In this document: piece after piece, positions 12,065 through 24,399 of the stretch
Numbering within the stretch: the stretch's first letter is position 1
How the letters are laid out: the number at the start of each line of letters is the position of its first letter
Assembly (NCBI GenBank): GCA_030704615.1
Contig: CM060732.1
Location: 52,018,001-52,082,000, forward strand
Length of the DNA: 64,000 nucleotides
Direction of reading: 5' to 3'
Source of the DNA: Takakia lepidozioides
Lineage: Eukaryota > Plantae > Bryophyta
Notes under the pieces: generated by a model
What the model saw: the letters and a program-made list of their open reading frames with translations, nothing else
Databases searched by the model: none
Told to the model about the DNA's origin: nothing
Position numbers and translations under genes: made by a program

Positions 12065-15000
12065 TCAAATACACAGAGCTCCCATATCAAAAACTTCAGA
12101 AACATCACTGTCTTCCAGCCCATTAGTCTGAGAGTCACCCTTTGCAGCTCTCAGGCTCTCCTTCCTAGCCGTCGGCTCCTCCAAACTGTACATACAGTAC
12201 CAACATAGTGTCACTCAAAAGAGACTCTCTGGCATGGTATTGTTCTCTCCTTGGCACTCTCCAGAGAACATGAACAAAATAGTAATGTTGAAGGCAAAAA
12301 ATGCTGCAACATAATGTCTATGATCAGGGTTATGTTGAGAAACAATCAGCTGCTGCATACAAGGGTCCTGCCATAATAATAGTACATTTAGTGCACAAAT
12401 GAAACAGGTCTAGAATCAAAACCAACCATGTCCCACGGGAAATGGCAGCAGTGAGATACTACTACCCACATAGACTAGCCTTGCCTTCTGTAATCAACAC
12501 TGCTTGAGTCACCTTTCAACTATACTCTTGAGCCGTTTACAGACCCAAAATACTGAACCAAACCAAGATGCCAATTAGAGTGCTCTTCACTTTGATGAAA
12601 GTCAGTGAGGAGCAAACCTAGATACAAGAGCAGCAGTGGATTTTGGTCCCATAGCACCACAACAAGCCTTGTATTTCCTTTTTGAGCCACATGGGCATGC
12701 CTTGTTCCTGGCTGCTACCTGCTACCACAGCCCCACCATCCAGTCACTTATGTTTTTGGGTAACAATAGATCATGTAACTGAGCTATCATTACTGTTCAT
12801 CTTCCAAACCAGGGTGACTTTCATCCAGGTCATTGGTGACTAATAACCAGGATGAAGATTTTGGAGAGGTGCAGAAACCTCCCATGACAGAGGCCCTAGG
12901 CAGCATCTCTTTTGACAGGATGAAATGCATAATTTCAATCCTCAATGCACAAACGTAGAGCTGGTGGTGTTATATAATCTTTAAATACGTTGACATAAAG
13001 CGACAACAAACTCAGCTGACTGAGTACTGACATTAAGGGTAGAGACAGATCTGGACTCACCCGACTCCTCAAGGTGGACATGTCCCCAAACATTCTTGAT
13101 GTGTTAGAACTGGTTGAATGCCTTCCTGCATCTCCATTGGCATAACAGGAAGAATGAGATGTGACCGAATCACTGTCATCAGATCCAGATGCTCTGTGGG
13201 AGTGGTTCTGCTCAAAGTCACATGTCCAACTCCCTGCCAACCCAGACCTTCATCAGCAGAAGAAAGAACTGTTATTTACAGCCAGTCAATGAGGCAGATT
13301 TCAATAACTGATATCACAGCAAATTGATATCCACTGTATACACCTTTTTCACTGGTTGACCCATGGAGGAGGGGAGCCGCATACCACTGGCCTCAGAAGA
13401 ACTGGGAATGCTCTCGCAAGAACAAGCTGGACTAATTTCGCCACTGGTGCTTTGTTCTGCTATCAAAAACTCCATTGCTGCATCGGTGTCACCATGTACC
13501 TCATGCAAGACCTACCAGCACAAGTCATTTCCAGGAGGAGTCAGTACAGAAACCTGCATGTAATTCAAGCACAAGATCTTGGAACACAAAATACCCTACA
13601 TAACATTCAGTTTTTCTTTTAATTTTTTTTGGAGAATGGCAATGCAGGCCAAACATGTGATTAAGAGGGGTGGAGAAAACTCAGAAGATAAAACCCAATA
13701 ACCATGTAGCACTTTCCGTCTCCTTTACATAAGTTGACATTGTAGTATCCCTACTTCAAGAGTTACATTTTGCTCAAAAAGGCTAATACACGGTTACAAG
13801 AGCATTTGACACTACGATTGAACCCTTCAGGACCTTAACAGGAGCAAAGAGGATGGGTTATGCAACAGATTTGGTGAGTGACTAACAGCATGCAACGGTT
13901 CAAACGAGTGTCCAGAAGACTGGTCAGAGTTAAGTGGCAGTTGAGGGTATCTCTTGCAACATTGTGTAACCCGTCCTGTTTGCTCCCGCAAGATCCAATA
14001 GCTACTGCAATTCAGATGGAAAAACACTCTGTAAAAGCTGGCTCTACTCCTGTGGGGATTGGAGCTGTTGGTTTGAGAAATGGGGGCTCTCATCTGATTC
14101 TAACGACGTTATTTTGACCAATCAACAAAAAACTACAGACTCACTTGCCGCACTCTGTCCACATCTGTGCAGCCTGTGCCTGACATCACCATCTTGATTG
14201 GCAGATCATCCATGTCTGTGTTCCTGCCCTTGTGTCTAGCTGTCACCTTGTCCTTGACAGGCGGAGTCCTGGTGGCAGGACTGGCATCCGCCTTCAACCA
14301 AAGAAACAGCATCGCACAACAAGTCAATATATTGTTTGTCATTGTTCTTTATAACACCAATCAGAAAATGAAAAAGCACCTGAACCCACTGAAATTGCAG
14401 AGTGCTAACAAGTAAATCTCTGATGGACAGAGATTCTAGCCTATGTGAGGCAAGCAACCTGGGTTTATGGAAGCTGACTTACATCTGCCCATTTTAAAGG
14501 ACATTAGGATTTCTACTTTTCAGGTGCTCCCAACACTTGGACTTGCTGCTGACAATGAAATTTACCAGAACTGGCTTCTAGAAGTAAGAGGACGCTAACC
14601 TGAATACTGACAGGTCTTGCAGGGCCTTGGCCATCATCGTCAAGCCTTCGAACACTGTTGTAGTGCTCACCATCATGATACGATCTGCCAGACAGAACCC
14701 TCCATCTGAGTTGACTTCATATTAAACAAAGCCAGTCTCAACTTCAAATATGAGGGTGGAGAAGGTTTTATCATTCGACCCTCTTAACAACTGTTGCAAA
14801 TCAGGGTTCCTACCACCTCTACCAGTGATATCCTCAAAACCATCTGTTGGAAGGTGGTAGGCTAAGAACATTAGTCATGCAATGTGGATGGCATTCAAGA
14901 ACACATTCATACAAGACAAGGTGGAAGGGCAGGAGGAGGCAACAGGAGAATTGGGAAAAAGCTATCCCAGTCTCACAAGAGCTGTTAGGCCAAGTAGGTG

Positions 15001-17478
15001 TGGACACTTGCAGAAGCACTCACAAGTGCAGAGTGCGTGTGTCAGCATTTTCAAAATTTCTGATGTGCCACCGTGGGGACAAGAGCTGCAGGCACAGGCA
15101 TAACATGATTCCATCTACAAGTTAAATTATTGTCAACAACTTTACATGCAGCTGACTCATATACCCACAGCACATTGCCTGCAGACACATTCTCAGAGCA
15201 CATGCAAGAGAGGGAGAGGTCAGGATGCTAGTTCCCAAGTTCACACAATTACAAATCATTTGAAAAGGCCAAGAGAATTGATTTTGTCAAAGAGGTAAGA
15301 ATAAAGACTAAGCACACAGTTCAGGGAGTGGGTGGGTCAAAAACACACAGAGAACACCCATAATTGCAACTGGGCTGTAAGTGTGCACAATGGCCGGTAG
15401 GATTGCAAGCCTGTGGGGAAAATTTGATACCTGGTGAATGCAAATGTTGCAGCGTGTAACTAGAGATGCAGCCTGGAGCTCTAGGTGGCCTGCCCATGTG
15501 CTATCCTCATGCATGCTCTTGCAATACTCATCAAAGGGTACCTCATCCTCAACAAAAGGCTCAAATTCTTCACGGTGTTCCTGCGATCATGTATAGTCAC
15601 TAGACAAGGTCAATGCAACAATCGTAATAGATGCTTCCAGATTATGATAGTTTAATGCTTCAACAGTGTCAAATTATGTTCAAATGATGGTCCATGTGTC
15701 CAACCTTACATCTATCAAGTATACCTGTAGGTAGTCCACCACTAAGCGGCGGTATTTTGCGTGCTCCTCCTCATCCCCCTCCAATTGATCAGCCACAGCC
15801 CTGCTTCCATGGTCAACCCACACATAAGTCATCGTCATCATTCTCACAACCTGACCCACTACTCCCTATACAGACTTGGTCTCTTCCAAGTTTGACTTTC
15901 AAATAGAAGGAGCAGAAGCCTGAAAAAGGTGGATACTGGCAGAAGGCCCACCTGAAGAAACAGTTGCCATCGGCAGTGACATGAGCTATTTTGAGGCCAA
16001 GCACATCCAACTGTTCATTCAACTTAATACCATCAACCGCTTTCATCTTTTCCTGCCATCCTCATTTTGCCCACCCCGTCAGAATCCAGGCATCCATAAA
16101 TTCCAATTGATTGAACAACATGATTGTCAAATGAAACATAGTGGATGGCCTAGAACAGTGAATATATTAATATTGGAAAAACACCCTTAAATGCAGTCCC
16201 TTGAAGGCAAACTTCTGGGTCTGAACAGCATGTGTATGGACAAAATGTGTCAAACTGAGCTGGTTGAAAGAATACACAATCCCCCATCTTTGCTCCAAAC
16301 TCTTACACTAACAACTAGTTCCTCATGAACTCAGAAACAAACTTGGGCCCCACTTTTGCATCAAAAGAGAACCAAGTAGACCAGTCAGACCCAGTGATGG
16401 GGTGCACATTACAACATGCTCCACAATCAGGGAACTGCTTACATAATATCTGCATCACTGCTTTAGTGCATTGTGGAGTGTGACAGTTGCAACAATCATT
16501 TGACAGATAGCACCGTTCTACAATCACAACAATGCACCTCACTGGTAAGTCCTACTAGATTTAATTGACTTTGCATAGTGTTACCTGGACTAAGGCACAT
16601 GACAGCCACACTTATGCCTGTTCAACCCAACCCTAAACACTACATTGTGAAAATATCTGCCTACAGGGACATCACCAGTAAAGGAAATCCAAATTCTCCG
16701 GGGGCACTCATGTCTCTCCCCTAGAATGCACACGTCCACGACTGTTTAGTACTTCCACAAACGAACAAATCCAAGTTGAACTTCCATCATCATGATATTG
16801 CAACACAGATCATAAATCTGCAATTTGTATATTGACCGGCCATAATGGGGACAATTCAAGTCATCAGCAAGGGCCCTCAGTGCAAAAGGTGGTTTTTACC
16901 GGCCAAGTAATTGGCTAAGAGCCACATCACAAACTCAGAATACACTCCTCAAAACATGCTACCTGCCAATGTACATTATGGCGGTATCACTGAGAATCTA
17001 CATAGCATGGGCATCGCCCAAGGAGGTAACCGAGCTGACACTGGAACTTTCTTCCACGCAAGTAAGTTCCATCTTCTTAAGAAACCTCTCCCCTCACTCA
17101 CAGAGACCTAGCCTGCGGAATCTCGAAAAGGAAATCATACATTCTGTGGAAATACAGACACCAAGCCAGGCGAAACGCAATGTCGCCCGATGGATAATTG
17201 AGTTCCACATTACAGCACAATTGAGATAGACTCTGCGACAGGCGCCTAGAAATACACAATTCTAAGCCCAGGAGAGTGGGAGGGAGGATGCAGAGAGGTT
17301 AATAACGACTTTCTGAATCAAACCTCTCTGCAAGCTCAGATGATCTTACCTACATCAAAATAACAGAAACATTTCAAAGACTTTTCCTTACCCAGAATAA
17401 GAAAACATCAAGGAAAGTGAGAAAAAGGATTACCTTAGGAAAATTATGCTTAAGCTTCCTGTACTTGCCGTGCACCAT
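12065..17478 (-). CDS. OTU7: OTU-domain deubiquitinase, OTUD3/OTU7-like, with UBA-like and SEC-C motifs (~11 exons)
   Basis: Exons with GT-AG: 17478-17434 (MVHGKYRK..), 16052-15952 (VTADGNCFFR), 15800-15725, 15580-15431 (WAGHLELQAAS), ~15085-15024, 14684-14600 (SYHDGEHYNSVR), ~14292-14144, ~13513-13390, ~13253-13061, ~12718-12618 (RNKACPCGSKRKYKACC), ~12185-12065 (DMGALCI*). Confidence 0.93.
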
Positions 17479-17819
17479 CGCTGCTGCTGCGATCGCAGGG
17501 ATCCACAGCAGCCGAGCTCTCTTGAGACCTGCAGAGCAGGCGCGCGCAAGGACTACGGCCCAGCGATGGATGACTGGTCCCATTTCATTCGTCCGTATAC
17601 CTCATCCGTCTGATTCCGTTTGAACAGCGCATCCCCACGTGTCATGTGCGCGGGAAACCAAATTGCCTACCCTAAAGGACATAGGGGTCTACAACTAGCC
17701 TGACTGTTACACGTGTACCTGCGACGTGGCACAAGCAAGGCTGTCGACGACGTAGACGAATCTGCACCGCAAGTTGGACTTCTGATCGGATGGACAGTAT
17801 TCAAATGAGGGAAACAGGA

Positions 17820-18080
17820 TTTTATTTTGTTTTGTTTTTATTTTTATTTAATCATTTTTTCATTTTTATTTTGTTTAAAAGGAAACCTGGGAGCGACAGC
17901 CCACAATTCAGGAGGGGGAAAAATTAACCCCCTTTCATTTATGGGCCATGAGGCATACAGGACGATCAACGCCCAGACCTACCGTCACGAACAATTCACA
18001 TACGGGGCAGGGCAGCGGGTTTGAACCCCGAACCACCAGGGCGACACACTGTGCACTTACCAGCTGAGCTACCAGCCGAT
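17820..18080 (-). mobile_element. tRNA-derived SINE
   Basis: Minus strand GGCTGGTAGCTCAGCTGGTAA (A box) ... GGTTCAAACCC (B box), a non-tRNA body and an A-rich tail (T-rich on + strand, 17820-17875). Confidence 0.7.
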
Positions 18081-18350
18081 GTGCCATTTTTTAAGGAGAA
18101 CAACAGTTGCCTAGCCCGGAATACAGGCTAAGTTTTTTTTTAATATTAAAAAGGCCAGTTAATGGCTCTCATTTTAGATTAATAGCCGCGAGGCCCATGG
18201 GCCCCGCCAAGGTACCCCAGAAAGTGGGCCCGCCAGGTACAGAGAAACGGTCACCAACTGCCCGGGTCCACCAGAGAAAGGGTCACCGGTCCAGGTCCAC
18301 GACAAATGGTGTGCCGCCGCATTGTCCCCAGTTAGACCCACTAGACCCTC

Positions 18351-18485
18351 GGGTCTGCCGCCTTGTCCTCACGGTAGACCCACCTCAGCGGCCAAAACTT
18401 AGAATTTTTTCCAATTCGTGTCACCTTATCCTCGCGATAATGATAGACCCACCTTAGCTAGGGGATATAGATTTTTCCAATTTCA
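18351..18485 (+). repeat. Direct repeat A1 (copy A2 at 21538-21656)
   Basis: CCGCCTTGTCCTCACGGTAGACC...GCCAAAACTTAGAAT...GTGTCACCTTATCCTCG is shared by both copies. Confidence 0.9.
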
Positions 18486-18713
18486 TAAATATCAGGTGTG
18501 GAGTATTCTCCTGTTTTTTAGGACTCATTATCAGGCCGAATTGGCCACCAGGTGTAATGCCGAATCGGCTGAGATGGCCGGTTATGTATCAACCCCAACC
18601 AGATATCGCTACATAGCGGCGAGAATACTCCACAACCTGCTCTTTATGCCAAAGAGCGGGCACGTGGTGCCGGTTATGGCTCACTAGTGGCTCATAACCA
18701 GCACCACATGCCC

Positions 18714-21491
18714 GCTCTCTAGTACATTACCATCCGGGGTTGCATATTTTGCAGGTTTATGGCTCAATTCTGTGGCAGAATCGGCCTTCCAAACCCCACT
18801 GTCGATTCAGCAACACAATCTGCCAAGATGGCAAATTCTGCACGTAGGGGTGGTATGAGCATATATGTGATACTGAGGCAAACATTCGGTGTACACAACA
18901 AAACAATGTTTGAATGAACATCAAGATTTTAGTGCAAAGAGACATTACAATCTTCTGAACAGAAATGAATCCACTAATCAGTGGTGTTTGAATTGTCTAG
19001 TAACTACGAATCTGCTACAGTAATTTATTCAGCCTATCAGTCATCAGTTGCAAGCTTCTTCAAGTTCCCGTGAAAAACAATATTGACATTCCCGACATTA
19101 TTCGAAATGTGCGAAATTTCCACCGCGTGCCTATTTGTCGCAGCAAAAATTAATTGTTCAACTTCGTCCAGAACAGCTGACTGAGACCACCACTCGTCGT
19201 CACGCCGTGTAGCTAATGAAACAATCTTCGATGGACAAGAATTGTCATATACAATAGTTGTCGATGAAGAAGGCACATTCTCAAGCACTGTAGAGGTCGA
19301 TGCAGAAGGATGCTCGTTTCAAGAAGACTTGTGTGTCTTGTACGATATCTGCTCAACGCTATGGGAAAGCTGGAATTGGACGTAAGAGAAGAGTACCTTC
19401 TGGACTTACGCCCGAAGCAGAATGCGGTCATACTTGCTCAGCCCTTCATGTCTCGAAGTGACCGCCGAGGATACCAATTGTGTTTGGCGTTTTACATTAC
19501 GCATAATTTTTGTGTGAGAGCGCAAGTGGAAGTGTATAATCTTTGTTCTTGTGACTTTGAGATCTCTGAGGATATGCTTGGCAGATTCGTACGTTTTGAT
19601 GAGAGAGACTCCAAAAATCATAGGGTGGATTTAAAACGTTGTCAGCCGGAGAAGTTGTGTCGTCCTATCACATGCTACCATCAGGATGTGGTGCTCACAT
19701 TTGAGACATATTATTCGCACCTTCCAAAGTGAAATGATGACGGGACAAGCCCGCATCATTTGTTTCTTCGCGCGATAGATGGGATCATGTGTGATCCATG
19801 AGTTGTATGTATTTCCTACGACTTGGTTTCTTTCGTTGTGCATGTATTACTACGAATTGGTTGTCTATATACTACTGAATCGTTCTTATTTTATGCTGAC
19901 TATGTACTACAAATCGGCTTCTTATATATGTTGATTTATGTTGAAGTGTTGATTTATGGTAGTGGTACTCGAAATGTCAGGTGGGAGTCAAGAGTATCTC
20001 AAAGTGGCTCAAGCAGATGCAGAAGGCACATTCGCAGGCACAATAGCTCTTAAATAGCTCGAGATGCAGGCTCAATCTGATTGCCACTCTGACTGCTTTC
20101 AATATGCTTGAATCTTTGAGATTCTTGGAAACGACGTCTCTCATAAGCTAACGCAGCCTACTAAGAAATAATATCTCCATCAGTCCCAGGGACGGCATTT
20201 GCTACGTTCTGAAGTGCTCTCATCTCAATCCCATCCTCGTCAATATAATACCGCATATAACCTTTAGCAGATGAATGGCCAGTAAGTTTCATGTTGATAT
20301 GAGTATGCCCACCCATACTATTGAGCCGAGTTACTGTAGTCACGCGAGCGCTCTTATTTGTGATAGATCGGACGTCGCAGCTAGGAATATCCTATAACAA
20401 ACTCCTCGGTAGGAACGGAGGCTTCCACACCGCGCTGCTCGAGTCTACCGCGGATTATCCTGTAACAAACTCCTCGGTAGGAACGGAGGTTTCCACACCG
20501 CGCTGCTCAAGTCTACCGCGGATTATGCGACCGATTCCTCTTAAAAGGTTCACAAGATACTCTCCAGGATATAATTTCCCGTCTCATCTCTGAACCTCAA
20601 GGAAGAAAATAGATAACAACACATTCAGCTCCGGCACTGACCTCTCGAACATATCCTCAACTGCCTCTGAATTGTCAATCCTTGACACTTTACACCAATC
20701 GTTGAATCTATTTCTCGCCCAACGTTCCATATGCAGAGAGCTCCTAGCGCCACCCTTAGCAAGCAGCTCAACCTCCTCTTTCTCCAGCTGTCTGAAGCAT
20801 TTCTTTAGAAACTCTAAATTCTCATCAACACCATCGGCAGGATCCAGAGGGACGTCGGGTTGATCACGAATCTCAAAAACGTCCTCAACATTGGCAAAAT
20901 AATGTGCATCATCAACCGCATTAATCAGCCAAGCAGGATCCTCGAAATCAAGAAAACCTTCAGGACAGTCAAATGCACCGATATTTTCTGGAATCAGCAA
21001 CTTAGGAACTGGACTCATAGGTTCGCCAAGATCAGCAATAGGTGAACCAAATGCAAAATATGTTGTCGAATTGTCAACTTTAGATATACTGTAGAATTTT
21101 CATCAGTTGTAGAAATGGCAAGTCCATATTCAGCAGCGGCACATTCCGCAACAACATTCACTGTAGAGATTTCATCAGTTGCAAAAATTGTAGGTGCAAT
21201 CTGAGCAATGGCAACCACATCGTCCTTATGTGCAATTTGATCCACTCCACTCGCTAGAACATTAGAAATGTCTCTCAAAGCAGCACGACTCTCCATCGCC
21301 ATCGTCAGTGCACAAACAAAATACAGAAAACCAACGCATAGGAGCTCGTCATGTGCAGAGACAAGAGCTAGTAAATGCGGAGCGCAGACAAACCTAGAGA
21401 GAAAGAGCGCAGAAACCCAGTCGGGGGGTATGAATATATGTATATGCTTTGATGCCAAAAATCGGCAAACCACGGCCTGCTCTCTAGTACA
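18714..21491 (-). mobile_element. Crypton-like (DUF3504-type) tyrosine-recombinase DNA transposon, degenerate and internally rearranged
   Basis: N-term WARNRFNDW..LSIFFLEVQR*DGKLYP..LLRGIGRII (-); centre FYITHNFCVRAQVE..ERDSKNH..FETYYSHLP..LFLRAID..WYSKCQVG..ISKWLKQM (+, inverted); C-term ITNKSARVTTVTRL..MKLTGHSSAKGYMRY (-). Flanked by GCTCTCTAGTACA at 18714-18726 and 21479-21491. Confidence 0.8.
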
Positions 21492-21703
21492 AAAAGTTCC
21501 TATTTGACATCAAAGCTACTCGTCCTTCCCGAGGTTTGGGTCCACCGCCTTGTCCTCACGGTAGACCTACAGCCAAAACTTAGAATATTTCCAATTTGTG
21601 TCACCTTATCCTCGTGATAGATCCACCTTAGCAGTATTTAGATTTTTTCAATTTCAAAAGGTTCTTATTTGACATCAAAACTGCTCGTCCTTCCCGAGGT
21701 TTG
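21490..21703 (+). repeat. B1-A2-B2 repeat block
   Basis: B (TATTTGACATCAAA..CTCGTCCTTCCCGAGGTTTG) at 21490-21538 and 21655-21703 flanks A2. Confidence 0.9.
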
Positions 21704-22768
21704 AGCTCGAGACATCATCATTATCATTAGCTACACCCTACCATCAGGCTACCTGCTACTAAAATAAAAATATATGAAACTTTAATTACTTTGCTAGGAC
21801 TATGCGTTACTACTTGACGATTGATGAGAACAATGTTTCTTTTGATTGAAAATATACATTATGCAAAAAATATTAGGAACAAGGTAACAATAAAATTTAG
21901 GCACGTGATATGATGGTATTTTTGCCAAATATAGGCGACGTGGGCTCCTCTGGCAAGTCCCCTGTCAAATCTTTCCCCACCTGATTTTACCGCAAACTCG
22001 CTATTACTGAATACTTTAGAATGCGAGAGCTTGTTAGACAATGATGAATAGCTCATAGCCTTATTGGTTACAAAGTAATGGTAATGGAGGCAAATGAGGT
22101 GGAAGGTTTGATTTTTTGATTGGTGGTAATGTCACCCTTGGCTTCTATAGTTCATGTCACTCCCTTGTATTGTGCAACTCCTCTTAGTCTATTTCAAACT
22201 TAGTCAAATTTGAACTTAGTCAAATCTCGAGACTAAGTGTGGGTTACACTTCCCGCCGTGTAACCCCAAGTGGAGTCACACTCTGCACTGTATAACCCTG
22301 ACATGAAGATATACTCCCTTCCGTTCCATGTTACTCCCAAGACTGAGTGAAGAAGATCCAATATGTTGGAGCCTAGCCTATCGTCTTATTAGAGTTCACA
22401 TGTTGGCATTAATTTCATACATTATTCCAATGATTCTGCATAATTTTATGGGTTTTTTTTTTCTTTTTTTCAGTAACAATATTTTTGGATGTATTAACAA
22501 TGTTGATATTCATTTTATTTTCATAATTTTTACTTTATTTTATATATATGTGTAGTTATAATATATTAATATATCTATATTTGTAATTGTCCAGATTATT
22601 GACAAGAGACGAAAATTCAATCATAATACTTTTGACATTTCATTAGCTATTACTATTATCATATTTACATGTACTAGCATAAAAGATTAGTAAATTGAAA
22701 CGTGCTTACCACGAATCAAAGTAATATTTGGAAATGCTATAACATCGTATGAGACATTTGAACAAACC

Positions 22769-22799
22769 AAAGAAAGAAAGAAAGAAAGAAAGAAAGAAA
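22769..22799 (+). repeat. (GAAA)n microsatellite
   Basis: Direct reading of the sequence. Confidence 0.9.
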
Positions 22800-24399
22800 T
22801 ATTAGAGCAAATTTGACCAAAAAAATCATAATTCAATTTTTTTTTCGAGAAATTCGGGCAGCTTCAAGACTGTACGTTGATGATGTGGCCTCCAAAACGT
22901 GGCAAAATCGGATTACGTACTTTTTATTTTTCTTTTAGTAATTCAATTTTCTTGCATAACATGGTATTACCATGACGTAGTACTATAACACACCCATTTC
23001 TACTCTACACTAAAACTAGTCTTCGAACTTTAGTCATCATTAGAATTCTCACTGTGGCTACGCATTGCTTCGCACTACTGACGACTTCTAAGAACAATGA
23101 TCTTTTTGTTCGAAATATATAATATGCGAAAAATAATATGAACAATTAAATGATCTTAAATGATGCTGATCTCACAAATTTGTGTGTATGGGCATCCCTT
23201 CAAATGCACGAAAAACAAAACGTCTCGGGGTAGATCGATCGTAGACTGCACGTTACAGAAACTGATGCCATCATGATGAATCAAGTTACATAGCCATTTA
23301 TGATATTTATTCATAAATAGTGAGTAATGATCGCAATTCAACACCTATTAATAACAATCTCGAGCTCTGTCTATATAATATACAATTTGTCATAGTACTT
23401 ACTGTCTCATCTTTAGGAGGTTTGCATGTGGGTTGAATGCGTTTATAATCATTGGTCAAGTCTATGTTATGAGTGTTGATGTAAGGTGAGCGTTGTGTCT
23501 AGTTGGAGGAAGTTTGAGATGTCTTATAATATAGTGTCGATCAATTCATCCATACTCGCTCACGCTCTATAGACTTGAGGCCTTTAGCTAGGTCGGATTG
23601 CCTTGTACATCCTTGCAGGTCACCAAGGAACAAATTTAAAGAATGAAATGTTTTACATAGACTTCTTCAATCAGTTCAGTGCAGATCAAGCTTTTGCACA
23701 GATGGACTGCGAACATATTATTGAAATCATATCTTGCAGCACAGAGTTTTGATTACAGCTTGTGTTCTATTTCGACGATATTGGCATCTGGTGAGTTGCT
23801 CTTGTACGAACCGTTACGTTTTTTAGTCATGTATGTGCCCAATAATTTACCGGTTACGAAAGCATGTAGGCCCGCATAGATGTACAGCGACCTAGCCTAA
23901 AGATTTTGTGTCAGTTACTATAAGAATGTTGAAGATTTGAGCATTTGTCAAAAAGAACACCTAAGGTTGCTCTGCATTTGAGATGACATGTGTCTGTGTG
24001 GTAGGAGGTTGACTGAAAGCTGCGAAGCATGTCAACAATTCGCGTGTATCTCGGAGATGGACGCAACATGATCAAGGAATTTATTGCACCGAAATGCGCC
24101 CACTCCATCCTCCAAGTGCTCGGTGCAGGAAATGGGTACCTGAATGCATAGGATGAGAATAAAAAAGCATATGGTGATATCCTAGGGGTTGGAAGATACT
24201 ATGTCCACATCAACAAAGGTACGATGTTTGTGATTTTAAACTTTGCCCCGGGCCAAACTTGGAAATTGTCTTTTTCGATGTGAATTCTCTTCTTATTGAA
24301 ATCCGTCAGTACCCAATCGGACATCTAAAACTCTAGCATCCAAGTAATTATACTAGGTATTTATTAAACTTTGTTGTCTGGCCGGTTTTTGCCGCGCAG

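Noticed and set aside
12798-12872. miRNA-like hairpin in an OTU7 intron
   Set aside because: Short imperfect stem with a tiny loop; no recognisable mature miRNA; more likely a MITE relic or chance.
18000-18080. Functional tRNA gene (also 56020-56088)
   Set aside because: A and B boxes are present but there is no convincing anticodon arm or acceptor stem; the context fits a SINE head.
18351-21703. Autonomous DIRS/Ngaro retrotransposon
   Set aside because: No gag, RT or RNase H; the YR has an intron and Crypton-type motifs.
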